DNA from: Moraxellaceae bacterium AER2_44_116
GTDB taxonomy: Bacteria > Pseudomonadota > Gammaproteobacteria > Pseudomonadales > Moraxellaceae
DNA: 32,000 bases
NCBI GenBank assembly: GCA_006546595.1
Contig: VIAD01000009.1
Location: 56,495-88,494 of the forward strand
Direction of reading: 5' to 3'
The notes beneath the pieces are model-generated. The model made no database searches. It had not been told where the DNA came from and worked only from the letters and a program-made list of their open reading frames with translations. This document shows, in pieces, positions 8,108 to 16,448 of this stretch. Made by a program: the position numbers and the translations under genes. How positions within the stretch are numbered: the stretch's first letter is position 1; each line of letters starts with the position of its first letter.

Positions 8108-10084
8108 ATGAATTATTTTGTGACAGGTGGTACAGGTTTCATTGGTCGCTTTTTGGTATCCCGTTTATTAAAACGCCAAGACGCGGTTGTGTATTTATTA
8201 TGCCGTGAAGCATCTAAAAATAAATTTGATGACTTAATGGATGAATTGGGCGCAAATGACCATCAATTGATTCCTATTTTTGGTGATATTTCCCAAGAAA
8301 GTTTAGTATCTGCGGCTGACTTAAAAAAACTCACGGGCAAGATTGACCACGTATTTCATCTCGCTGCTATTTATGACATGAACATGAGCGATGCCACAGG
8401 CGAAGCCATTAACAATCAAGGCACACGTAACGTTGTCAATTTTGTTAATCAACTCGGTGGCAAAGTACGTTTACACCACATGAGTTCCATTGCAGTCGCA
8501 GGCACAGAATGGGAAGGAGTCTTTAAAGAGTCCATGTTTGACGAAGGCCAAACGCTCAATCACCCATACTACCGCAGCAAATTCACCTCTGAAAAAATCG
8601 TGCGCGAAGAAACAAAAGTCCCTTACCGCATTTATCGCCCTGGTATGGTGGTTGGTGATTCGGAAACTGGTTTTATGGACAAAATTGATGGTCCATACTA
8701 CTTCTTCAAAACCATTCAACGCATCCGTGACAATGTGCCTAAATGGTTGCCGTTATTAGGCATTAATGGCGGTCAAATGCCCCTTTGCCCTGTCGATTAT
8801 GTTGCTGATGCAATGGACTATATTGCTCATAAAGACGGCTTAGACGGTAAAGCTTTTTGCTTAGTACAAAATCCTGCGCCTACCGTGGGCGAAATGATGA
8901 AAATTTTATTTGCCGCCGCACATGGCCCTGAGTTTGCCAAAAACTTTGATATTCCTGATGTTCGTATGCCTAGCTCGGCCAAAGCTTTATTTCATAAATT
9001 TACTGAAAGCAACCTTGCTGCCACCTTATCGAAAGTCATTGGCGCACCGATTTCAACGTTAACGTATGTCACCAACAAGTTTGAGTTTGACGATAAAAAC
9101 GCGCAAGCGGCGTTGGCAGGCAGTGGCATTAGCTGCCCTCGTTTAGAAACTTACGCCGAAAAACTGTGGGAATACTGGGAATGGAGTTTAGATAGCGGCT
9201 CATTTATGACGGGCAAAGCCTTAGAAATGGTCGATGGCAAAACGGTGCTAATTACAGGTGCTTCGAGTGGTATTGGTTTGACCGTGGCCAAAAAGCTCGG
9301 GCAAGCAGGCGCACGCGTGTTGTTAGTGGCGCGTGGTGTCGAGAAGCTCGAACAAACGGCTGAGATGATTCGTAAAATTGGCGGCGAAGCGTACATCTAT
9401 CCTTGTGATTTAAATAATCTACAAGCGATTGATGCCCTTGCTCAACAAGTTTTAGCCGATCACGGTACGATTGATATTTTGATTAACAATGCGGGTCGTT
9501 CTATTCGTCGGGCAGTGGTTGAATCTTTAGACCGTTTCCATGATTTTGAACGCACCATGCAATTGAATTATTTTGGTTCGATTCGCTTGATTATGGGTTT
9601 GTTACCGTCAATGCAAGCAGCCAATAAAGGCCAAATTATTAACATTTCGTCGATTGGTTGCTTGGCGAATGCTCCACGTTTTGCGGCTTATGTGGCTAGT
9701 AAGTCGGCGTTGGATGCGTTCTCGCGTTGTTTATCCGCAGAGATTCATCAATTCAACATCAACATCACTACCATTTATATGCCTTTAGTGCGTACACCAA
9801 TGATTGCACCGACCAAGATGTATGATTATGTGCCGACATTTACACCTGACCAAGCGGCTAATTTGATTATTAAAGCCATTGTCAGCAAGCCTAAGCGTAT
9901 CAAAACACCATTAGGTCAAACGGCTGAAATTTCTTATGCCTTATGGCCAAAAATCAATGATGCAGTGCTAAGTTTGGGCTTTAAACTGTTCCCATCATCT
10001 GCTGCTGCTCGTGGTGCTAAAGACGAAAAACCATCCGCCGCCGCGATTGTGATGGCCAATGTTTTACAAGGCCAACACTGGTAA
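8108..10084 (+). CDS. Two-domain fatty acyl-CoA/fatty aldehyde reductase (N-terminal NAD-binding reductase domain + C-terminal SDR domain)
   Basis: The N-terminus VTGGTGFIGRFL with YxxxK (YYRSKF) is typical of the male-sterility/FAR NAD-binding fold. The second Rossmann domain has ITGASSGIG, NNAG and YVASK (classical SDR). The 658-aa architecture resembles the roughly 660-aa Marinobacter FAR, from memory. Confidence 0.7.
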   Translation: MNYFVTGGTGFIGRFLVSRLLKRQDAVVYLLCREASKNKFDDLMDELGANDHQLIPIFGDISQESLVSAADLKKLTGKIDHVFHLAAIYDMNMSDATGEAINNQGTRNVVNFVNQLGGKVRLHHMSSIAVAGTEWEGVFKESMFDEGQTLNHPYYRSKFTSEKIVREETKVPYRIYRPGMVVGDSETGFMDKIDGPYYFFKTIQRIRDNVPKWLPLLGINGGQMPLCPVDYVADAMDYIAHKDGLDGKAFCLVQNPAPTVGEMMKILFAAAHGPEFAKNFDIPDVRMPSSAKALFHKFTESNLAATLSKVIGAPISTLTYVTNKFEFDDKNAQAALAGSGISCPRLETYAEKLWEYWEWSLDSGSFMTGKALEMVDGKTVLITGASSGIGLTVAKKLGQAGARVLLVARGVEKLEQTAEMIRKIGGEAYIYPCDLNNLQAIDALAQQVLADHGTIDILINNAGRSIRRAVVESLDRFHDFERTMQLNYFGSIRLIMGLLPSMQAANKGQIINISSIGCLANAPRFAAYVASKSALDAFSRCLSAEIHQFNINITTIYMPLVRTPMIAPTKMYDYVPTFTPDQAANLIIKAIVSKPKRIKTPLGQTAEISYALWPKINDAVLSLGFKLFPSSAAARGAKDEKPSAAAIVMANVLQGQHW

Positions 10085-10095
10085 TTTGTTTGTTT

Positions 10096-10146
10096 CTTGG
10101 GGAAGATGAAGGTAAGCTGCACAGATTACGTTCATTCTTCCCCAAG
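10096..10146 (+). terminator. Stem-loop after the reductase gene (possible intrinsic terminator)
   Basis: cttggggaag (10096-10105) pairs perfectly with cttccccaag (10137-10146). The stem extends with tgaa/ttca and is followed by the T-rich agttttgtt. Confidence 0.4.
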
Positions 10147-10155
10147 AGTTTTGTT

Positions 10156-10737
10156 ATGGCAACCGCTCAACAAACCCCGTTTATTAGCGAAGCAGAATAC
10201 TTAGCGGGCGAAAAAATCTCCGACGTTAAACACGAATATATCGACGGCTATGTCTATGCCATGTCAGGCGCACACGCGAATCATAATCGCATTTCGATGA
10301 ATCTCTCCGTAGCATTTGCCAACCACTTAGCAGGCAAACCCTGTCAGCCTTACGCATCCGATATGAAAGTCAAAGTAGGCAGTAAATATTTTTACCCTGA
10401 TGTTTTGGTGGATTGTTCTGACGTTGACGACTACTTCACCGAAAGCCCCATTATTTTGGTGGAAGTGTTATCTAAATCCACTCGACGTATGGACGAAACA
10501 ACAAAACGCCTGATTTATTTGCAAATTCCCACGCTACAAGAATATGTCTTAATCGAACAAGATTTTGTCAAAATTGAAATTGTGCGTAAAAGCGAAAACT
10601 GGCAACCAATGCGCTACTATTTGGGCGATGAACTAACTTTTGAATCTATTGGACTAACATTGACAGTAGAAGAAATTTATCAACGGGTAAAAAACGAAGA
10701 AATGACGGAGTGGCTGGCTAGTAAAGATATGGGGTGA
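10156..10737 (+). CDS. Uma2-family (DUF820) PD-(D/E)xK endonuclease
   Basis: Features are EYLAGEKISDVKHEYIDGYVYAMSGAHANHNRI, YPDVLV and ILVEVLSKSTRRMDETTKRLIYLQIPTLQEYVLIEQD. ATG at 10156 is preferred because the 10090 start lies inside the upstream hairpin. Confidence 0.8.
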   Translation: MATAQQTPFISEAEYLAGEKISDVKHEYIDGYVYAMSGAHANHNRISMNLSVAFANHLAGKPCQPYASDMKVKVGSKYFYPDVLVDCSDVDDYFTESPIILVEVLSKSTRRMDETTKRLIYLQIPTLQEYVLIEQDFVKIEIVRKSENWQPMRYYLGDELTFESIGLTLTVEEIYQRVKNEEMTEWLASKDMG

Positions 10738-10756
10738 GCGGACAAAAGAGGCTTGG

Positions 10757-10828
10757 CTTCGACTCCGCTCAGCCACCACAACTCCGCTCAGCCAACGCAA
10801 AGACGTTCCCTGAGCGAAGTTGAAGGGT
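10757..10828. repeat. REP-like element, family A, with a partial internal duplication
   Basis: It contains cttcgactccgctcagcc (10758-), a duplicated actccgctcagcc (10781-10793) and the inverted arm ctgagcgaagttgaaggg (10810-10827). Confidence 0.85.
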
Positions 10829-10843
10829 CAATTTAACCAAACT

Positions 10844-11221
10844 TTAACTAAAAAACCCCAACGGCGACTTCGCAATCGCGACACTAATAATAAACATATA
10901 CACCATCATCGCTGATACCAAAAATCCCACTTTTTGATTGGTTGTTTTCGCCTTTCTAAAGGCCATCACGCCCAAACCAATATACACAATCAATAACGTA
11001 ATTTTTACATGTACCCAAGCAGGAAATTGATGTCCCACCACTAATAAGCCAATCGCCGATAACAACAAAATGGTATCAATAATATGAGGGCTGATTTTTA
11101 CCCATTTTGCTTGTAACTGTGGTGAATTCTGCAACAACCAACCGCCGCGAATGAGAAAAAATAAACCGCTTAAAACGACAGCCGTCATGTGTAAGTGTTT
11201 CAAAGCAATATAGCTATTCAT
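10844..11221 (-). CDS. SirB2-family inner-membrane protein
   Basis: This is a 125-aa, 4-TM protein starting YIALKHLHMTAVVLSGLFFLIRGGW, which is typical of SirB2/YchQ. Confidence 0.7.
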   Translation of the reverse strand: MNSYIALKHLHMTAVVLSGLFFLIRGGWLLQNSPQLQAKWVKISPHIIDTILLLSAIGLLVVGHQFPAWVHVKITLLIVYIGLGVMAFRKAKTTNQKVGFLVSAMMVYMFIISVAIAKSPLGFFS

Positions 11222-11234
11222 CTTTAAAACAATC

Positions 11235-11540
11235 CTATTTTTTACTATGACAGACAGGACTAGCTGGGGCTTGTTGCAGCACCGACCACTCTTCTGGCGT
11301 GTAAGTGTGTAAAGCTAGCGCATGTAAGCCTTTGGCCATTTCATCTTGCACTAAAGCATAAACTTGCTGATGGCGTTGCACCGAACGCCTGCCAATAAAA
11401 TCAGGTGAAACAATCACACATTTAAAATGAGTTTCTCGGTTTGCTGGGCCACTGTGATTGTCGGATTCATTAATCACTTCTAAATGTTCAAGTGTGAACG
11501 CGGCTTGCAGACGGTCGGTGATGAGTTGTTGTCGTTGCAT
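11235..11540 (-). CDS. bolA: BolA-family protein
   Basis: Features are LEVINESDNHSGPANRETHFKCVIVSPDFIGRRSVQRHQQVYAL ... LHALALHTYTPEEW. ATG at 11540 is preferred over the TTG at 11552 used by the track. Confidence 0.8.
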   Translation of the reverse strand: MQRQQLITDRLQAAFTLEHLEVINESDNHSGPANRETHFKCVIVSPDFIGRRSVQRHQQVYALVQDEMAKGLHALALHTYTPEEWSVLQQAPASPVCHSKK

Positions 11541-11741
11541 TCTTGATCTCAATATTTCAATTAAACGCTTATTTTAGGGTTTACACGGTTATCACTTATT
11601 TGTTCACATTTCAGCTGCTTTAGGAAGCTTTATGTTCACAAAATGCGCTAATCGCGGCGCGATGCGTAAGTCCTGACTGGCCATTATCGCACTATTATCT
11701 GAATTTTTGACTTTTATGAGTCATTGGTCACGGAAAAGAAT

Positions 11742-11770
11742 TTGCACTTTTTGTATTCATGGCGTATATA
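11742..11770 (+). promoter_or_regulatory. Predicted sigma70 promoter for the diiron-protein gene
   Basis: TTGCAC (11742-11747), a 17-nt spacer, then TATATA (11765-11770), about 50 nt upstream of the ATG at 11821. Confidence 0.35.
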
Positions 11771-11820
11771 TTTAATGAGTTGGTACTATAGTGCAAATAA
11801 CACACATACGGAGAACAACA

Positions 11821-12945
11821 ATGACGATTCAAGTGGCTGCCCATACCCCTAACGAAGTACGCTATTTTCCCGAAGCTGACGACATTGCTGCCAAGCTCAC
11901 TGAAGATAACATCCAAGATATTATTGAAATTTTTAAAACTCCTTTAGAAGGCTCCTATAACTGGGACTATTCCAGTATTGATGGCCGTATTCGTAAACTT
12001 TATCGTTTAGGCAAAGAGCTGAATTGGAATCAAGAAACCGATCTCAATTGGGATCAAAATTATCCTAAAGATCAATCACCTAGCGATATGTCATTTAATC
12101 CTTTTGCAGGTTATGCGCCTTTTGAAACCATGAGCGAAGAGCAAAAACTCAGTTTTGCTTGGCATTATCAAGCATGGACTTTGTCTCAATTTTTACATGG
12201 CGAACAAGGGGCGTTATTGGTCGCTTCACAATTAGTATCCTGTGCGCCGACCTTTGATGCCAAACTATACGCGTCATCACAAACCTTTGACGAAGCGCGT
12301 CATGTGGAAACGTTTAATCGTTATCTGCAAGAAAAAATTCAAATTATGTATCCCATCACCCCACACTTAAAGTCATTGATTGACAAAGTATTGAGCGATG
12401 CGCGTTGGGATTTGAAATTTATTGGGATGCAAATTGTGATTGAAGGTTTAGCACTAGCGGCCTTTAATACCATGCGGATGACGTGTTTAGACCCGTTATT
12501 AAAGGATCTCATTTATCTCGTCACGCGTGACGAAGCGCGTCATGTCACCTTTGGGGTCAACTATTTGGAATACATTGTTCAGCATTTATCCCCCGCCGAA
12601 ATTGAAGAACGTGCTCAATTTGCCTATGAAGCCTGTGTGGTGATGCGCGAACGTTTAATTGCCACCGAAGTGTTTGCTGAGTTTGGTTGGGATGTTGAAG
12701 CCGCGCGTAAACACATGCTCGAATCCAGCGTGATGCAGTATTTTAATAAATTTTTGTTTACCCGTATTATTCCCAATTTGGCACGGATTGGCTTATTAAC
12801 AGACACTGTTCGACCCAAATTTGAGGCACTCGGTATTTTAGAATACGAAAATTTAGTCAGCGATGGTGATATTGATTGGGCTGTTTTGAGTGAGCCTTTA
12901 TATCAAGAAACAGCAAGTGAAGACAAACCTGCCAAAGCGGCTTAA
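11821..12945 (+). CDS. Ferritin-like diiron-carboxylate protein (AurF/R2-like oxygenase superfamily), function unknown
   Basis: It shows the E ... ExxH ... E ... ExxH pattern: HGEQGALL, FDEARHVETF, IVIEGLALAAF, TRDEARHVTFG. ATG at 11821 has a ggaga SD; the track start at 11791 is GTG. Confidence 0.65.
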   Translation: MTIQVAAHTPNEVRYFPEADDIAAKLTEDNIQDIIEIFKTPLEGSYNWDYSSIDGRIRKLYRLGKELNWNQETDLNWDQNYPKDQSPSDMSFNPFAGYAPFETMSEEQKLSFAWHYQAWTLSQFLHGEQGALLVASQLVSCAPTFDAKLYASSQTFDEARHVETFNRYLQEKIQIMYPITPHLKSLIDKVLSDARWDLKFIGMQIVIEGLALAAFNTMRMTCLDPLLKDLIYLVTRDEARHVTFGVNYLEYIVQHLSPAEIEERAQFAYEACVVMRERLIATEVFAEFGWDVEAARKHMLESSVMQYFNKFLFTRIIPNLARIGLLTDTVRPKFEALGILEYENLVSDGDIDWAVLSEPLYQETASEDKPAKAA

Positions 12946-12978
12946 ACCTTAGTATCGGTTAGCATTTTGTTGAATTAT

Positions 12979-13032
12979 CCCCTTCTACTCCGCTCAGAGA
13001 ACCTGTTTATGGCTACTGAGCGAAGTAGAATT
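12979..13032. repeat. REP-like element, family A variant (CTTCTACTCCGCTCAG ... CTGAGCGAAGTAGAA)
   Basis: Inverted arms lie at 12982-12997 and 13016-13030, between convergent genes. Confidence 0.85.
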
Positions 13033-13043
13033 GAGATAATATT

Positions 13044-13814
13044 TCAATCCGCATTAGCTGCCATATTGTCAGCCATCCATTTTTTGTCATTTTTCAACAC
13101 GTTGATTTTTTTCCAAATTTTCTCCATATCGGCTTGAGGCACGCTGCCAGAACGAGAAAAAGGCATAAAATATGTCTTACTAAATACTGGACGTGACACA
13201 ATCTTGAGTTTCCCTTTAAACATAGAGCGATCTAATAACGTTTCAGCATAAGTTCCCATCATCACAACGCTGCCTTTTTCATGCAGCAACCGCACAAGAT
13301 TCGTTTTATCATCAGCACCCATTTCTTTTAATTGCAATGTTGCATCTATCTTTCGTATATCGTTAACGACCGAATAGCCTTCAGGCAACATAATAGGTAC
13401 AGGAATGGTTTTTGGATTACCATCATATTGATAGTTTGTCCCTACTGGAATCACAATAACGTAATTTAAGCGGGCAACCGCTTCTTTGGAATCTGGATTC
13501 TTGGCTGCATCCGCAGGATAAATCATATACTCGGCACGATCGGCATTATACGATGCTGGAATTGCACCATCATATTTCCCGCTACGCACTGTTTATTGAC
13601 ACTCTTCCCAGTTCATTGGCACAAGATTAAGGTGATGACCTGCCATTTGTGTCGCCGTGTACATCATGTTTGAATACACCTTTAACTCACCTTGTTTGGC
13701 AAAACGGGGGTCTATACACATCGTCAACTCTCGTGCCTGCGCTATAACGGGTGCTGTTAAAAATAGACAACTTGAGAGGTTTATCATCAATGATCGAAAT
13801 GAAAAAATAGCCAT
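13044..13814 (-). pseudogene. Periplasmic solute-binding protein (family 3 / transporter substrate-binding domain) interrupted by one in-frame TAA
   Basis: Track ORFs 13593-13814 (signal peptide + N-lobe) and 13044-13589 are in the same frame. The junction reads tgg gaa gag tgt caa TAA aca gtg cgt agc ggg = WEECQ*TVRSGKYDG, a region that is continuous in homologues. Confidence 0.7.
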
Positions 13815-13861
13815 ATTAATGTCCTTCTAAAATGCTGCTAAGTACCTACACAAAAGTTTCA

Positions 13862-13913
13862 CCGCTCATGGTGAGCTTGTCGAACCACCCTTCGACAAGC
13901 TCAGGGCGAGCGG
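13862..13913. repeat. REP-like element, family B (CCGCTCATGGTGAGCTTGTCGAA / TTCGACAAGCTCAGGGCGAGCGG)
   Basis: An imperfect palindrome is centred near 13887. It is flanked by the outer inverted repeat caaaagttt/aaacttttg. Confidence 0.85.
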
Positions 13914-14145
13914 AAAATACAAACAAACTTTTGTTGATGTGCTTAAGCTTGTTTTTGTTTGAAAATACTGCAAGACAAATATCAGCCTAGACGGACGACA
14001 AAATATATTTATGAATTATTTGTGACAATTGAAGATGATGATTGCTACATCACACTTTGATCTACAGTAATAGTAGGGTCTGTTGACGTTTTGAAGTTCA
14101 GGTTGTTTTGCTTGAAAAGCTCAAATAAAACCACGTCATAAAAGG

Positions 14146-14194
14146 CTTCTACTCCGCTCAGCCGCAAAAAATCGCCCTGAGCGGAGTCGAAGGG
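14146..14194. repeat. REP-like element, family A
   Basis: cttctactccgctcag (14146-14161) pairs with ctgagcggagtcgaaggg (14177-14194), just downstream of the hsdS stop. Confidence 0.85.
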
Positions 14195-14252
14195 ATATGA
14201 GCCAATTTTTAACGCAACCCGAAGGAAAAGAGCTATTTTATGGTGGCATTGT

Positions 14253-15941
14253 TTAAGCCAACGCTTGCTCTACTAACACATCGGCGATTTTGCCTTGTAG
14301 GTGTTTGGCTTGGTTGAGTTGGTTTTTGAGTTGGTCACATAAGGCCATTAATTCGTCAACTTTGGTGACGATGCGCTGTTGTTCTTTGGTTGGAGGAAGC
14401 GCGACTACTATATTTCGTATTTTTCCGACACTCAAATTAAATAAGCCGCTTGTAGTAATGGCAAGCCGTCTCATCTCAGCTGACCCAATCGGAGAGTTTA
14501 AGAACAACTGGAGAAACTCTACGAACTTCAAAATTCGAGGACGGACTCGCATTAAATGATTTTGAAATACGCAATCCTCAACTTGCCCCTGCCAAATTGC
14601 ACAACGACCAATTTCACTCTCACTACCATTACCTTCAACAATGAGAAGGTCTCCTGCTTGCAGCCTCCATTGTTCTAACTCGTTGTTAAATAATTCATAT
14701 CGCTCCAATACATCTACAGTTATCCAGCCACGCTGAACATTTGCGACTCTTAAATACGGAAAGTGATTATTTTTAGGGAGACGTATCGGTGTTTTTTGAA
14801 TCCCACCCTGAACATCACAACAATTTTCAATTCGCACCCACTCCCACCCCTTCGGTAACTCAAACGGCTTTTCATCATCCCCAATTACCGCCAACGGCTT
14901 TTGCGCCTTAATCTTGCCCTCTTTCACTAACTTGGCTTTTTCTGCCGCTATCTTTTTTAACAACTCACTCGCAGGCTCATCATCAGGGTTTTGCGGTACT
15001 AATTTACCCATCACCGCTAGTTGTAAAATGCTTTGTTTGAGTTGGTTTATGCTGTCTTCGGTGGTAAATAACACATCAAAATGGCTGGCGATGCGTTGCC
15101 ATGTGTGTTGAAAGTCATTGGCGTTAGCGGCTTGTGTTAAGGCGTTTAATAACTGGCTGACTAAGTGTTGATGCGCGGCTTGGCTGTTATTTTGTTGTTG
15201 TTCGAGTTGGTCACATAAGGCCATTAACTCGTCAACTTTGGTGACAATGCGCTGTTGTTCGGCTAGGGGTGGAATTGAAAAAAATGATTCATTTAAAACT
15301 TTGAAGTGGCGAGCATATCCCCGACTCTCCAATTTTAAATTTGATAGCTGTAACCAAAAAAAACGTTCATTGACTATTACTGGACGAAGGATTTTTACAC
15401 CATCAGCACCTGCGACAAAGTCAAAATCAATTAACTTAAATTCTTTTGTGTGGTCGCCAAATACAATAACAGCACTAGGTATTTTAATAAGCAATTCTTC
15501 TCTATTTGTATAGCCTGCAATGAATCGCTGCCCCTGATCAACTACTGGAAAATCGCCAGTTTCTTTAATTTCAGATGAAAGCAGTTGATTTCCACCAACA
15601 GGAATTGAGTAATAAATATCTGGTAGTCGTACCCACTCCCACCCCTTCGGCAACTCAAACGGCTTTTCATCATCCCCAATCGGTGGCAACGGCTTTTGCG
15701 CCTTAATTTTGCCCTCTTTTACTAACTTGGCTTTTTCTGCCGCTATCTTTTTTAACAACTCACTCGCAGGCTCATCATCCGCGTTTTGCGGCACCAACAA
15801 ACCCCGCACCGCCAACTCCAAAATCAACTCACGCAGCTTTTTAACGCCATACAAACTCGCCGCCGCACTACGACCACGCGCCGACTTTTCGCTAGTATCC
15901 GCCGCAATCCAAGTCGCTAAATGTTCGGTTAATAAATTCAT
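14253..15941 (-). CDS. hsdS: Type I restriction-modification specificity subunit HsdS (two TRDs, long conserved spacers)
   Basis: It lies downstream of hsdM. It has duplicated conserved regions (LVPQNxDDEPASELLKKIAAEKAKLVKEGKIKAQKPL...GDDEKPFELPKGWEWVR twice; EQQRIVTKVDELMALCDQL twice) separating two divergent target-recognition domains. Confidence 0.9.
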   Translation of the reverse strand: MNLLTEHLATWIAADTSEKSARGRSAAASLYGVKKLRELILELAVRGLLVPQNADDEPASELLKKIAAEKAKLVKEGKIKAQKPLPPIGDDEKPFELPKGWEWVRLPDIYYSIPVGGNQLLSSEIKETGDFPVVDQGQRFIAGYTNREELLIKIPSAVIVFGDHTKEFKLIDFDFVAGADGVKILRPVIVNERFFWLQLSNLKLESRGYARHFKVLNESFFSIPPLAEQQRIVTKVDELMALCDQLEQQQNNSQAAHQHLVSQLLNALTQAANANDFQHTWQRIASHFDVLFTTEDSINQLKQSILQLAVMGKLVPQNPDDEPASELLKKIAAEKAKLVKEGKIKAQKPLAVIGDDEKPFELPKGWEWVRIENCCDVQGGIQKTPIRLPKNNHFPYLRVANVQRGWITVDVLERYELFNNELEQWRLQAGDLLIVEGNGSESEIGRCAIWQGQVEDCVFQNHLMRVRPRILKFVEFLQLFLNSPIGSAEMRRLAITTSGLFNLSVGKIRNIVVALPPTKEQQRIVTKVDELMALCDQLKNQLNQAKHLQGKIADVLVEQALA

Positions 15942-15981
15942 TATCTTCTCAATTAATTTTAATTAGCGTTTACTGAAATGT

Positions 15982-16127
15982 CCTTCGACTCCGTTCATGC
16001 TGAGCCTGTCGAAGCATCTACACCAACCAACTTCGACTATTCGACCAACTCATAGCTCAGGGCAAACAGCTAATGTTTAATATTTCTCCGTTCATAGTGA
16101 GCCATGAGCCTGACGAATGGTCGAACC
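15982..16127. repeat. Composite array of REP-like units (families A/B), overlapping the 3' end of the GIY-YIG gene
   Basis: It contains ccttcgactccgttcatgctgagcctgtcgaag (15982-16014) and cttcgactattcgacc (16031-). The 48-nt hairpin unit at 16055-16102 is about 90% identical to 16491-16538. It ends with catgagcctgacgaatggtcgaacc. Confidence 0.85.
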
Positions 16128-16412
16128 ATTAGCACGACAAGCAGCCAATTTTGAAACTTGTTGCCAATCACCACGCATCATGGCTTCTTTTTTCTTACGA
16201 CTCCAACCTTTTATTTGTTGTTCAGAAGCCAACGCCTCCTCACGTGTCATAAAACTTTGACTAAATACCAACTGAACAGGTAATTTATTTGCCGTATAGC
16301 ACGTTGGAAAATAACGGTGATGATGCTGATTTAGCCGTTGCTCTAAATTATCTGTATGCCCTGTATAATAACTTCCATCTGCACATTTTAAGATATAAAC
16401 CCAAAAATACAT
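16092..16412 (-). CDS. GIY-YIG nuclease family protein (small UPF0213/YhbQ-like)
   Basis: Features are MYFWVYILKCADGSYYTGHTDNLEQRLNQHH ... IKGWSRKKKEA. A strong aaggag SD lies 6 nt upstream of the ATG at 16412. The last 12 or so codons plus the stop are contributed by the REP-like repeat. Confidence 0.85.
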   Translation of the reverse strand: MYFWVYILKCADGSYYTGHTDNLEQRLNQHHHRYFPTCYTANKLPVQLVFSQSFMTREEALASEQQIKGWSRKKKEAMMRGDWQQVSKLAACRANGSTIRQAHGSL

Positions 16413-16448
16413 TTTTTACTCCTTTAAAAACAATCTGATAATAAATAA

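Noticed and set aside
10090-10155. Longer Uma2 ORF starting at 10090
   Set aside because: The extra 22 codons coincide with the stem-loop that follows the reductase gene. Family members start near MATAQQ..., and the ATG at 10156 fits.
13590-13595. Stop-codon recoding (Sec/Pyl) or programmed readthrough in the solute-binding protein gene
   Set aside because: The stop is TAA, not TGA or TAG. I saw no SECIS-like hairpin immediately downstream. A pseudogene or a sequencing error is simpler.
13915-14252. att-type direct repeat of the tRNA-Val 3' end marking the far boundary of the R-M island
   Set aside because: I scanned this stretch by eye for the tRNA 3' segment (tggtagacgtaactggactcgaacc or its core) and did not find it, so no att site is claimed.
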